Part shown: one piece after another, positions 29,276 to 38,436 of the stretch
Numbering within the stretch: the stretch's first letter is position 1
Layout of the letters: every line of letters starts with the position of its first letter
Source of the DNA: Patescibacteria group bacterium UBA3466
Lineage (GTDB): Bacteria > Patescibacteriota > Minisyncoccia > Phycocordibacterales > UBA918
Length of the DNA: 56,072 bases
Assembly (NCBI GenBank): GCA_002378195.1
Contig: DFRJ01000003.1
Coordinates: forward strand, 98,879 to 154,950
Reading direction: 5' to 3'
The notes under the pieces: model-generated
Database searches by the model: none
Told to the model about the DNA's origin: nothing
What the model saw: only the letters and a program-made list of their open reading frames with translations
Translations under genes and position numbers: made by a program

Positions 29276-29701
29276 TTATCCCACGTAAGATCTGACTCTT
29301 GCACTTTGACTTAGATAGTTAGGTTGATGAATATGGCGACAAGGGGTTGAAACTAAGGTAGAAGGCAGATTGCCCATTTTTTCGGCATGCGCTTCCTTTG
29401 ATTGTGGGAAGGCTAGGCCAAGTTTTAGTGATCCAATCTCTCTAGGGATTAGGGTGACTGTCACTAGTGTTTGGTGGCGGAACTGCTTAGTTTCCACGTT
29501 GCTTACTTTGACACTAAGAGGATCAAAGATGATGTTCAGCTCTGAACATTGTTCTGTAGTTAGTCTAGTTTGCAGTAAGAAGTTTACTGACTCTTCGCGA
29601 TCTAAGTGTAATGTTAGATCGTGAAAGAGATTGAGGCGTCCAACGAATGGGCTCGCCAAGAGATTATTGTCTGTTACAAACAGAGAATAGAATCTAATCA
29701 T
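29276..29701 (-). CDS. Hypothetical protein
   Basis: 141-aa ORF converging on the terminator hairpin near 29226-29265. Confidence 0.45.
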   Translation of the reverse strand: MIRFYSLFVTDNNLLASPFVGRLNLFHDLTLHLDREESVNFLLQTRLTTEQCSELNIIFDPLSVKVSNVETKQFRHQTLVTVTLIPREIGSLKLGLAFPQSKEAHAEKMGNLPSTLVSTPCRHIHQPNYLSQSARVRSYVG

Positions 29702-29893
29702 AAGCTTTATTGTTAGGTGGTTAGTAATGTGCCCAACGTTGGCTGCTTATAGAATCGTGTGTGTGATTGACGGTGTGAGCTACTTCGTACAGACAGTTGA
29801 CGGTTCGCTATACAGCATCTCTAATGCTATAGGGTGGGGGGATTTAGTCAATGTTTTTATCATCAGGGTTTTGCACGTAGTTTTACATAACTT

Positions 29894-29923
29894 ATATACA
29901 CAGTTATGCACAAGTTATACACA
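29894..29923 (+). promoter_or_regulatory. Tandem DnaA-box cluster
   Basis: ATATACACA, TTATGCACA and TTATACACA (consensus TTATNCACA) at 10-11 nt spacing. Confidence 0.55.
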
Positions 29924-29987
29924 GTAGTGGCTTGAAATAACGTTTTTTGTATTTATTGACATTTTTTCTCTATATGAGAACCTATAT

Positions 29988-30086
29988 GTAGGTTTGCGCG
30001 GTGGTGAAGTATAAACATACTTACGCTTGGTTTGACTCGAGGCTACGAGCAAAACTACAAGCAAAGCGCGCAAGCCGAAGCTCTAC
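29988..30086 (+). ncRNA. Unidentified small structured RNA candidate
   Basis: Closing stem GGTTTGCGCG/CGCGCAAGCC enclosing two hairpins; TTGACA upstream and a terminator-like hairpin at about 30096-30125. Confidence 0.5.
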
Positions 30087-30150
30087 GTTGTACAAGTAAA
30101 GGCGCCCTGGAGGGGGCGCCTTTACGTTATCTGTGTGATCTAGCGGTGTT

Positions 30151-31074
30151 TTATTTTGTCTTCAGGGCGACGTAGATGTCTTCGAGAGCTTTGACACCGT
30201 CACCGGCAGAGATATTGTTTTGGTGGTACTTGACGTTGGTGCAATCGCCAGCGGCCCAAATGTTTTCTGTTGAAGTCTTCTGGGTCCATGGGTCAATTTT
30301 AATACGATTATATTCATCGAGTTCAACCAGGTCTTTCATAAACTCAGTGTTTGGAATCATGCCGATTTCTACAAAGATGCCGGTTACGTCTATAGTTTTT
30401 TCTTCGCCAGAGGTTAAGTCGGTATAGGTTAAACCTTTTACGAATCCATCTGCGACTACTTCCTTAATTTCAGCGTTTAGTAAGCCGGTCATATTTTCAT
30501 GAGATAAGACTTTTTCGACGGTGATGGCGTCTGCTTTGTATTGTGGTCCACGTTGGAGTAGGGTGACGCTTTTGGCGTAAGCCAAGAGCTGGGCAGCTGT
30601 CTCAAAACCAGCATTACCACCTCCAATGACGGCCACATCTTGACCAGCAAAAATTGGGCCATCGCAGCTGGCACAGTAGGTGACGCCTTTGTGTTCGTAT
30701 TCATCCGCGCCAGGTACTCGCAAGCGCCGGCGGCCGGACCCGGTACAGGTCAAAAGAGCCGTAGCTGTAGCAGTTTCACCATTTTGCATAGTTACTTCGT
30801 AGCCACTATCGGTTTTTCTTACCGCACTGACCAGCTGGTCAGGAACAATGTCCACGTTGTCTTTGGCGTAAGCTTCTAGATGAGACCTTAGATCTGCAGC
30901 TAACTTGTCTCCGGCGATAGAAGGAGTCCCGATCCAGTTTTGAATATCAGGTGAGACAATACTTTGTCCGCCCCAGTCGCTGGTAATAAATAAAGTTTTG
31001 AGTTGTTTTCGTGATGCGTAAACTCCGGCTGAAACTCCAGCAGGTCCACCGCCAATAATGATTAAATCGTACAT
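30151..31074 (-). CDS. Thioredoxin reductase (TrxB / AhpF C-terminal-like)
   Basis: GGGPAG, CASCDG, GGGNAG and AAGD motifs. Confidence 0.9.
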   Translation of the reverse strand: MYDLIIIGGGPAGVSAGVYASRKQLKTLFITSDWGGQSIVSPDIQNWIGTPSIAGDKLAADLRSHLEAYAKDNVDIVPDQLVSAVRKTDSGYEVTMQNGETATATALLTCTGSGRRRLRVPGADEYEHKGVTYCASCDGPIFAGQDVAVIGGGNAGFETAAQLLAYAKSVTLLQRGPQYKADAITVEKVLSHENMTGLLNAEIKEVVADGFVKGLTYTDLTSGEEKTIDVTGIFVEIGMIPNTEFMKDLVELDEYNRIKIDPWTQKTSTENIWAAGDCTNVKYHQNNISAGDGVKALEDIYVALKTK

Positions 31075-31121
31075 GTTAAATAAATATTTTGACTAGAATA
31101 CCACAGAGTAGGCTTGACTGC

Positions 31122-31142
31122 ATATACCCCATAGGGGTATAT
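31122..31142. promoter_or_regulatory. CsoR/CstR-type operator
   Basis: ATATACCCC-ATA-GGGGTATAT, a C/G-tract palindrome directly upstream of the repressor gene. Confidence 0.8.
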
Positions 31143-31149
31143 TTATAAC

Positions 31150-31380
31150 ATGGATAAAAAATTACACAATCGTCTGCGCCGACTTGAGGGTCAGCTGCTT
31201 AAATTACACGAAAGCATTGAGGGAGAAAAAGACTGTGCTGATGTGATTCCGCAATTTTTGGCCATCAAGGGAGCGTTAAACGGTGCTTACGAGGAATACA
31301 TTAAGTTGTCGCTCGATAAATGTGCTAAATCAGATGATAAAAAAATTAAAAGACTTATTTCGATGTTAGTTAAAGCATAA
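31150..31380 (+). CDS. CsoR/RcnR family repressor (CstR-like)
   Basis: NRLRRLEGQ, C..V..Q..A..GAL and a second Cys without the His ligand. Confidence 0.85.
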   Translation: MDKKLHNRLRRLEGQLLKLHESIEGEKDCADVIPQFLAIKGALNGAYEEYIKLSLDKCAKSDDKKIKRLISMLVKA

Positions 31381-31387
31381 ATAATAT

Positions 31388-31960
31388 ATGAAAACACTTA
31401 AATCCCTTGGCTTTCTTCAGTATGGAAAAATTATTCCTGGACTGATGATTCACGGCCAGCCAGCACCTTATCCGGTTTTAAATGAAAGGGCGATTAGAGC
31501 AGGGGCAGGAATTATGTTTGTACTAGGTTTCTTTGCTTTTTTCCAAGCTTTTTATCTGCGAGAGTTTATTTTTATTCAAACTTTTGTTTTGATTTTCTTT
31601 TTTGATTTTTTCATGAAGGTGATTGTCGGGACAAGATTTTCTCCGGTTTCCGCACTAGCTAATGCTATTGTGAGTCAGCAGCAGCCAGAGTATGTAGGAG
31701 CGATTCAGAAGCGCTTCGCGTGGTCTATTGGGCTGGTTTTGTCTAGTACCATGATCGTGATGTTGTTCGTATTTGGTATCCAAGGCTTACCAAACCTTAT
31801 TGTGTGCGGCATCTGCCTCACCTTTATGTTTATGGAGACAGCATTTGGTATTTGTGTTGGTTGTAAGATCTACAATTTCTTACTTGATCGTGGAGTGATT
31901 CCGCAACCAGAAGTAAAGCCAGCTTGCCCTGGGAATGTGTGTGCAATCGATTTTGATTAA
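31388..31960 (+). CDS. DUF4395 family membrane protein
   Basis: NER..RA.AG, QKRFAW.IG and E..FGICVGC motifs. Confidence 0.8.
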   Translation: MKTLKSLGFLQYGKIIPGLMIHGQPAPYPVLNERAIRAGAGIMFVLGFFAFFQAFYLREFIFIQTFVLIFFFDFFMKVIVGTRFSPVSALANAIVSQQQPEYVGAIQKRFAWSIGLVLSSTMIVMLFVFGIQGLPNLIVCGICLTFMFMETAFGICVGCKIYNFLLDRGVIPQPEVKPACPGNVCAIDFD

Positions 31961-32005
31961 ATAACAAAACAACCGCAATGCGGTTGTTTTGTTATTTGGG
32001 TTTTC

Positions 32006-32172
32006 CTACTTTAGTTTACTTCTTCGAAGGAATGCCGGCACTGGTCGCGAATCACTAAGTATATTTCTGCACTTCGTGCGAAATCTACTAAGTGTTCTCG
32101 ACCCCGACTCGCGGTTCATGGCGCTAGGAATTGCGCCATTCACATCGCTCCGTCTCGCCGTGCCTTCAAAAC
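32006..32172 (-). mobile_element. Structured mini-element at the ftsZ 3' end with a displaced, recoded copy of the last 11 codons
   Basis: 32006-32041 encodes [11 protein letters not shown] with different codons from ftsZ; the hairpin core ends CGACC. Confidence 0.75.
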
Positions 32173-33420
32173 TTATTTAAGTTTTGACCTTCTTAAGAAT
32201 GCCGGCACTGCACCCCAGTCATCTTCATCGTCTGTGTCATCGGCTGGGTCAATCGGCTTTGGGTCACGCTTTGGTGGATTGGCCTCAGCAGTCTTGGTGG
32301 CAACCGCAGGAGCTGGTTCTGGCTCCTTAATTTTTTCCTCTTTCTTTGGCAGAGAGTTAAAGATTTTGCCGCGACTGCTCGCCACTTCTTTTTCCTCTTC
32401 TTCAACTGGTTCAGAGACTGACGGTACACGTCTCGCGATGTTGTAGTTGGTGTTGTTGTCAGATTCTTCTGGGAAACCAGTAGCAATTACGGTCACCTTA
32501 AGTTCGTTCTTCTTCAGTTTGTCATCCTTGATAGCACCGAAGATTACGCGTGCTTGTGGGTCAATTGATTCGGTGATCACTCTAGCTGCGTCTTGAATTT
32601 CGAGCATCCCCAGGTCGTCACCGCCAGCGATGGCGAACAAGACACCCTTGGCTCCAGTGATTGATACTTCGAGTAGGGGAGAGTTGATCGCGGCCTTAGC
32701 GGCTTCCTCTGATCGTTTCTCACCAGATGAGATACCAACTCCCATCAGAGCTGATCCTGCATTTTCCATAACAGAACGAATGTCGGCGAAGTCAACGTTG
32801 ATGATACCTGGCATGGTGATCAAGTCTGAGATACCTTCGACTGCTTGCTTTAGAATATTGTCACATTGTTCAAAAGCATTCTGTACAGTAGTCTCTTTGT
32901 CTACAATCGCGAGTAAGCGGTCGTTGGGAACAATAATCAGTGCATCTACTTCTTGCTTTAGCTCTTCGATACCTTGCAAAGCCAGACGCATTCTTTCTTG
33001 TCCCTCAAACAGGAAAGGTTTGGTAACTACTCCGACTGTGAGAGCACCGCTGTCACGAGCAATCTTTGCTACCACGGGAGCTGAGCCTGTACCAGTTCCG
33101 CCGCCCATACCACCGGTAATAAAGATCATGTCTGAACCTTTAATGGCGTTGTTGATTTCTTCACGAGTTTCTTCGGCAGCGCGGCGTCCCATATCAGGAT
33201 TGCCTCCGGCTCCGAGACCTCGAGTTAGGTTCTTTCCAATGTGGATTTTCTTCTTGGCTAGTGAATGATGAAGATCTTGGGCGTCACTATTGATAGCGAT
33301 AAATTCTACTCCTCGCACCTTTGACGACACCATGTGATTTACAGCGTTCTTTCCAGAGCCTCCCACACCAACCACTCGGATTCGTGCAAATGACTCTACG
33401 TCTGTCTTAATTTGTTCCAT
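32173..33420 (-). CDS. ftsZ: Cell division protein FtsZ
   Basis: GGGTGTG, NVDFAD and the C-terminal PAFLRR peptide. Confidence 0.98.
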   Translation of the reverse strand: MEQIKTDVESFARIRVVGVGGSGKNAVNHMVSSKVRGVEFIAINSDAQDLHHSLAKKKIHIGKNLTRGLGAGGNPDMGRRAAEETREEINNAIKGSDMIFITGGMGGGTGTGSAPVVAKIARDSGALTVGVVTKPFLFEGQERMRLALQGIEELKQEVDALIIVPNDRLLAIVDKETTVQNAFEQCDNILKQAVEGISDLITMPGIINVDFADIRSVMENAGSALMGVGISSGEKRSEEAAKAAINSPLLEVSITGAKGVLFAIAGGDDLGMLEIQDAARVITESIDPQARVIFGAIKDDKLKKNELKVTVIATGFPEESDNNTNYNIARRVPSVSEPVEEEEKEVASSRGKIFNSLPKKEEKIKEPEPAPAVATKTAEANPPKRDPKPIDPADDTDDEDDWGAVPAFLRRSKLK

Positions 33421-33587
33421 ACCGTATTAATATTGTGTCTATGTTCGCGACCCACCACTGAGTACGAATGTTTGATAACAGATACATAATACCTGACCCA
33501 AAAAATTCTGTCACCATATTGACAGAATTGAGAATCGTCCTGTTGACAAATATCTATAATATTACAACTAAGGCAGTAAAAATAAGG

Positions 33588-34757
33588 TTAGGGTAGGAAT
33601 TGTGATAACCAGGATAAGATATTCCGTCTGGTGTGTTTAACGATTCCTAGGGCAGAGGTTTCTTCTGCATCGCTAGCTCCCCACATACACAAGCCATAAG
33701 CGACTGCCCACGAAGCGTCTCTAATTTTTACGTTCTTGCCGATGTCTAAAGTGGCTGTACGAGCAGGTAATTCAAGGGTTGATTTGGCCACCTCAACTGA
33801 CCCGGCAACGCTGGCCCCACCGCCGGTTAAAATCGCACCAGCTGGTAGTAGGCCATCGCGCTTTATGTTTTTTAGGTGGCCTTCAATTAGGGTGAAGATA
33901 GAACGGAGGCGGTCTTGAATAATTTCGTCTAGTTTCTTCTTGGAATATGTAGCGCTGGTCATAGCTCCGCGCTTGATCTTTTCGGCGTCTTCAAGAGGCA
34001 CTCGTAGGCCGAGAGCTATGTCGTTAGTGATGTCATTAGATCCGGTAGGGAAAATTTTGAGAGAGATAGGAGTAGAGTCTTCAAAGACAACGATTGAGGT
34101 GGTTTCAGCTCCGATATTGGTAAGTACGCAACCGGCACGTTTTTGGGCTTTTGAGAGCATGACGAAACTGGCTGCCAGCGGGGAGGCAATAACGTCTTCT
34201 ACGAAGATGCCAACTCCTTCGATGGTGCTGATGAGGTCGTTGACGTGTTGTTCGTAAGTGGTGATGAAAAGACTGTCGACTTCGAGCTTTACACCTTTAA
34301 GTCCAGTCGCTCTACCCAACACTTCAGTTCCGTCTACTAAATGTCGCAAGGGAATACTATGCAGGATGCGGCGATTGGGGATGTGATCCATGATACGTTC
34401 CTCGCTGTCGGTCATTACCTTCTCCAGGTCTGATGAGACTATCTCTGAATCAGCTCGAGACGGGATGATTTCGCCGTGTGAGTAGACTTCTTCCAAACCA
34501 ATGCTGCCGATGGCTACATGAGCTTTTTTGATAGTTATTTTGGCATTTTTCTCTGCTTGAGCAACCGCACTTTTGATACTTCTGGCCACTTCGGCTTCAT
34601 TCATAATGTAGCCGCTCTTAAGACCTCGACTCTCGGCTAAGCCAGTGCCGATGATCTCGGGACGATTGGCATTCTTGCCATCACTGGACACGCGAGCTAC
34701 CGCCACTTTTACGTGGTAGGTTCCTACGTCTATACCGGTGATGATATGGTCTGCCAT
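33588..34757 (-). CDS. ftsA: Cell division protein FtsA
   Basis: GIDVGT, IGAETT and LTGGGA motifs; upstream of ftsZ. Confidence 0.95.
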   Translation of the reverse strand: MADHIITGIDVGTYHVKVAVARVSSDGKNANRPEIIGTGLAESRGLKSGYIMNEAEVARSIKSAVAQAEKNAKITIKKAHVAIGSIGLEEVYSHGEIIPSRADSEIVSSDLEKVMTDSEERIMDHIPNRRILHSIPLRHLVDGTEVLGRATGLKGVKLEVDSLFITTYEQHVNDLISTIEGVGIFVEDVIASPLAASFVMLSKAQKRAGCVLTNIGAETTSIVVFEDSTPISLKIFPTGSNDITNDIALGLRVPLEDAEKIKRGAMTSATYSKKKLDEIIQDRLRSIFTLIEGHLKNIKRDGLLPAGAILTGGGASVAGSVEVAKSTLELPARTATLDIGKNVKIRDASWAVAYGLCMWGASDAEETSALGIVKHTRRNILSWLSQFLP

Positions 34758-34759
34758 GA

Positions 34760-35143
34760 TTACTTAATCTTAAACGTTTTCAGATATTTTTGCTCTAACT
34801 TATCCATGGTGTCACCATGGTCGTGACCTTTTAGGTGTAGACAACCGTGAATAAACAAAAAAGCAATGTAGCCGTTCGGTGAAAGATTGAATTTTTTGCA
34901 TTCACGCTGGGATACCTCGGGGCAGATAAAAATTTCGCCCGTTTGTTCGTCTAGCGGAAAGGAGAGTACGTTGGGGGAGTAGGTTTTGTTGCGGTATTCC
35001 TTGTTTAGGGCCGTAGCGCGCTTACTGCCTACAAATACTAGTGATAATTCGTATTTAGCGCCAAGAATCTTCCTCTTGATATCATCAAAGGGAAGTCGTT
35101 TGGGGTAGGTTTTGATTGTGCTTGAAATACTGATTTTACTCAT
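34760..35143 (-). CDS. ybeY: rRNA maturation RNase YbeY
   Basis: LN..YR, NVLSF and HGCLHLKGHDH motifs. Confidence 0.92.
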   Translation of the reverse strand: MSKISISSTIKTYPKRLPFDDIKRKILGAKYELSLVFVGSKRATALNKEYRNKTYSPNVLSFPLDEQTGEIFICPEVSQRECKKFNLSPNGYIAFLFIHGCLHLKGHDHGDTMDKLEQKYLKTFKIK

Positions 35144-35230
35144 TTTAGTGATGTCATTATACAATGCCTGATCAACGAAAACAGCCGGCACTGTGTACCG
35201 GCTGTTTTGGAAACTAGTGTTTCGGGATAA

Positions 35231-35476
35231 CTAACGTCGTCGGCCGCGGAATTCTTGGATCTTTCCAAGCTTTACCTGCTTTTCGTACTCTTCGCGCTTT
35301 TCGATTTTCTTAAGTCGTGCAGTTCGGTTTACGTTTCGGCTTTTTAGTCGAGTGAAGTATCGGCCTCCTCGTACTTTTGGTACGATGCCGGCTCCTTGCA
35401 TTCGCTTAGTGAAACGTCGAATTACATTCGCGCTACTTTCGTTGTTATTCCTTGTTACTTCAACATTGGTTGCCAT
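35231..35476 (-). CDS. rpsU: 30S ribosomal protein S21 (divergent)
   Basis: V.....ES....IRRF.K....AG, short and basic. Confidence 0.65.
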   Translation of the reverse strand: MATNVEVTRNNNESSANVIRRFTKRMQGAGIVPKVRGGRYFTRLKSRNVNRTARLKKIEKREEYEKQVKLGKIQEFRGRRR

Positions 35477-35521
35477 ATGTGGCCGAAAGAATAGCACTTT
35501 CGTGTCGTTGTTGCAAGCCTT

Positions 35522-36691
35522 TTAGGCGGTCACTGAAGCTTTTTTCTTAAGGCGGCGGATGAGAGTGTCGTGATCGATATATTCTTGGTTGCGGACGCCC
35601 ATGTCGCGGAAAATGACAGTATCTTCCACAAATTCCTTTTGGCCAATAATTAGGGTGTACTTTACTTTGCGCTTCTCGGCTTCTCGCAACTGCTCTGATA
35701 GTGAGTCGCTGGCTAGGTTGTGATGGACTGGAATGCCAGCTTGCCGCAGAGTATCGATAAGCATCAAACTCTTGATCTTTGGTCCAAAGCCAAGTTGGAC
35801 TACGAATACTGAAGGATTGCTGGTCTTAAGGCGAGGAGCTCTAGCTGGAGCTTTGGTGTTTTTTAGTACCACCACAGCGCCTACGGCTGGAGTACGAGTA
35901 CGAGTGGTGCGGTAGACAAATTCGTTGAAGCGTCCGCCTCGAGCAGTAATGGCGGTGTCGTCAGTCTCGTCTTCATTATTTATATCAAGAGAGAATATCG
36001 CGTCTGAATAGCATTCGTGGTGCCCTAGCATCTTAGGATCAATTTCGTACGGAGTCTCACTCATGTCGAGGAATTCGATGATTTCACGGAAGTGCTTACG
36101 ACTCGGGTCGCTGAGGTATTCAAGCGGGTTAGGGCTTCTAAAGGCCAAATCATGATTTTGGTCGACTAGGTTAGACAGGGCGCGTAGAGGGTGTTCTTTC
36201 ATGAGCTCGCGAGCATCTACCGGCATAGTATCCATGCGCTTTTTTAGGAAGTTTGATAGTTCTCGACTGTAGCGAGTCAAAGAATCGCTGTCACCGAGTG
36301 AGTTGATGCGAACAGTGTGATCATTGTAGCCAAGGTCGCTAACTAGGGCGCGGGTGGCGTGAATAAGAATTGCCTCGGCAATACTGCGTTCAACTCCAAA
36401 GATGTGGAAGGTGACAGCGGTTTCGGCAGTGCGAGGAACTTGCTCGAAAGAGTATAGAAGAATCGGTTTTTCAAGAGCGTGGAGTTTTTCTTCACAAAAA
36501 GTAGAAACCGCTGAAGACAGAAGCCCGTGGTTCTCGTCTAACTTTTTGTTGGTGCCGTTTACGGTGTGCGGGAGGGCCGAGTCACATTTTTTACATTCGG
36601 GGGACTTACGAAGCTGATCAATAGTCTGAAAGCCGAAATGTTCAGCTGTATTGTTCGCGACTTTGATGAATTCCGTAGGTGTGAGTGACAT
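35522..36691 (-). CDS. Degenerate histidyl-tRNA synthetase-like protein
   Basis: RINSLGD, GGRF and a class IIa anticodon-binding domain; motif 1/2 residues not recognisable. Confidence 0.7.
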   Translation of the reverse strand: MSLTPTEFIKVANNTAEHFGFQTIDQLRKSPECKKCDSALPHTVNGTNKKLDENHGLLSSAVSTFCEEKLHALEKPILLYSFEQVPRTAETAVTFHIFGVERSIAEAILIHATRALVSDLGYNDHTVRINSLGDSDSLTRYSRELSNFLKKRMDTMPVDARELMKEHPLRALSNLVDQNHDLAFRSPNPLEYLSDPSRKHFREIIEFLDMSETPYEIDPKMLGHHECYSDAIFSLDINNEDETDDTAITARGGRFNEFVYRTTRTRTPAVGAVVVLKNTKAPARAPRLKTSNPSVFVVQLGFGPKIKSLMLIDTLRQAGIPVHHNLASDSLSEQLREAEKRKVKYTLIIGQKEFVEDTVIFRDMGVRNQEYIDHDTLIRRLKKKASVTA

Positions 36692-36708
36692 AAAAATGTA
36701 ATTAACCT

Positions 36709-37347
36709 TTAATTTCTAATTTGGGTAACTCCGTTATTATTAATACTGACTGCGCCTGGCAAATAACCGAACTCGTTAGGCGGGAACAGTCTGACCAGCG
36801 CTCGGCCGATAATCCTTTCTTCTTGGAGAACACCCCAAGCTCTAGAGTCTGAGCTGTGGTCACGATTGTCTCCCATGACAAAGTATTCGCGTTCTCCTAG
36901 AGTCTCACTCATCGGAGTGGTCGGGGCCATGCTCTTGATGTAAGGCTCGTCTACGATAAAGCCGTCGGGATTTTCGGCGTTGGTGATAAGGACTTCGGCG
37001 TTTTCGATGGTGATGGTGTCACCAGGTACACCAATGACTCTTTTAATAAAGAATTTTGAAGGATCGCGAGGATATCTAAAGACCACAACGTCACCACGTG
37101 ATGGATGGTCAAAGTGGTAGGTTACTTGGTCTACGATAAGGTATTCGCCGCTATGAAAAGTATCATCCATGGATGCTCCAGAGACAATAAAAGGCTGAGC
37201 GATAAACATCCGGATTGGGATGACGATCAAAATGGCTATGATAGAAAAACGGACGATTTCGGCGAGTGGGTGTTCTTCTTGGGTGGTGTCCTCGATTTCA
37301 TTCTCAATGTCATCAGAGGGTATTTCTTTTTTTGAGAAGAGATTCAT
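36709..37347 (-). CDS. lepB: Signal peptidase I
   Basis: SG.SM, FIKRVIG.PGD and GDNR..S.DSR motifs. Confidence 0.95.
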   Translation of the reverse strand: MNLFSKKEIPSDDIENEIEDTTQEEHPLAEIVRFSIIAILIVIPIRMFIAQPFIVSGASMDDTFHSGEYLIVDQVTYHFDHPSRGDVVVFRYPRDPSKFFIKRVIGVPGDTITIENAEVLITNAENPDGFIVDEPYIKSMAPTTPMSETLGEREYFVMGDNRDHSSDSRAWGVLQEERIIGRALVRLFPPNEFGYLPGAVSINNNGVTQIRN

Positions 37348-37455
37348 AGGACTAATTAGTTACTAGTATACGAAATTTTTAGAGCAAAAACAAATTAGTG
37401 AAAAGGCGGCAAAAAACAAAGTTTTTTGCCGCCTTTTCGTGTACAATAATTTCTA

Positions 37456-38043
37456 ATGTTTTACGTGATCGGTTTAGGAAACCCTGAAAAAAAATACGAC
37501 GGCACCCGACACAACGTCGGATTTGAAATGCTGGACGCTCTCAGAGAGGCGGGTGGCTTTAGTGAGTGGGCAGATGATAAGTACGCTGAGGCAAAACGTT
37601 CGGTGGGAGTGCTTGGTGGTGCGCAGGTTGAGTTGTTGCAGCCGCAAACATATATGAATAAGTCTGGTATCACCGCTAAGTATTTAATTGAGAAACAGGG
37701 AGCTTCACCAGACCAGCTGGTAGTGGTGTATGACGATGTTGATTTGCCCGTTGGAGATTTGAAAATATCGGTAAATAGGGGAGCGGGCGGACACAATGGT
37801 GTGCAGTCTATTATTAATAATATCGGTAAAGATTTCATTAGAATTAGAGTTGGTGTGGCCAAAAAAGGCTTGTTTGGCGGTGACTCTAAACGACCTCAAG
37901 GTCATGCGATGAGTAAACACGTGTTGGGCAAATTTTCCTTTTTTGAAAAGGGGGCAGTTATTGCCGTGGCCGGCAAGACCCAGCGAGCGATTGAAATCAT
38001 TGTGACAGAAGGAGTGGAGAAGGCGATGAATGAATGTAATTAA
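37456..38043 (+). CDS. pth: Peptidyl-tRNA hydrolase
   Basis: GLGNP, TRHN.GF, TYMN.SG and GGHNG motifs. Confidence 0.96.
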   Translation: MFYVIGLGNPEKKYDGTRHNVGFEMLDALREAGGFSEWADDKYAEAKRSVGVLGGAQVELLQPQTYMNKSGITAKYLIEKQGASPDQLVVVYDDVDLPVGDLKISVNRGAGGHNGVQSIINNIGKDFIRIRVGVAKKGLFGGDSKRPQGHAMSKHVLGKFSFFEKGAVIAVAGKTQRAIEIIVTEGVEKAMNECN

Positions 38044-38103
38044 AAACAGCCCAGATTATGCCAGGGCTGCCTTACGGGTCTCCATGGTCCCGATGAGGTA
38101 AAA

Positions 38104-38313
38104 TCATATCGCGTAAACAAGTCCTCGGTTTCTGTGCTGCATTACACAGGCGGTGATGCAGAAAGCCAGGAAGGTTGAGAGTAGAAAAGGAACGGCCAGG
38201 GAGCCGAAGATGTTCTTGAGAAGAATGATCTGACAAACCAAGGATGCTCCTGCGAGTATGATAATGGCTATGGATTTAAACCAATGTGTGGAAAGATCTG
38301 TGCGACGTTTCAC
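38104..38313 (-). CDS. Small 2-TM hypothetical protein
   Basis: AAGGAGG SD before a GTG start; TTGACA and TATAAT upstream. Confidence 0.6.
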   Translation of the reverse strand: MKRRTDLSTHWFKSIAIIILAGASLVCQIILLKNIFGSLAVPFLLSTFLAFCITACVMQHRNRGLVYAI

Positions 38314-38436
38314 CTTAGCCCTCCTTAGTTGGGTCGGGTGTATTTTGAGTATCTACTGATATTATAATCGTGTCAAACACAAGATGGTTACAAAAATGGC
38401 CGGCGCCTACGGCGCCGGCCATTTTTTGTATTTCGA

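Noticed and set aside
29727-29927. 66-aa ORF
   Set aside because: No SD or recognisable motif, and it overlaps the DnaA-box cluster.
32630-33268. Long antisense ORFs within ftsZ, gyrA, valS and the ABC genes
   Set aside because: Shadow ORFs of well-conserved genes.
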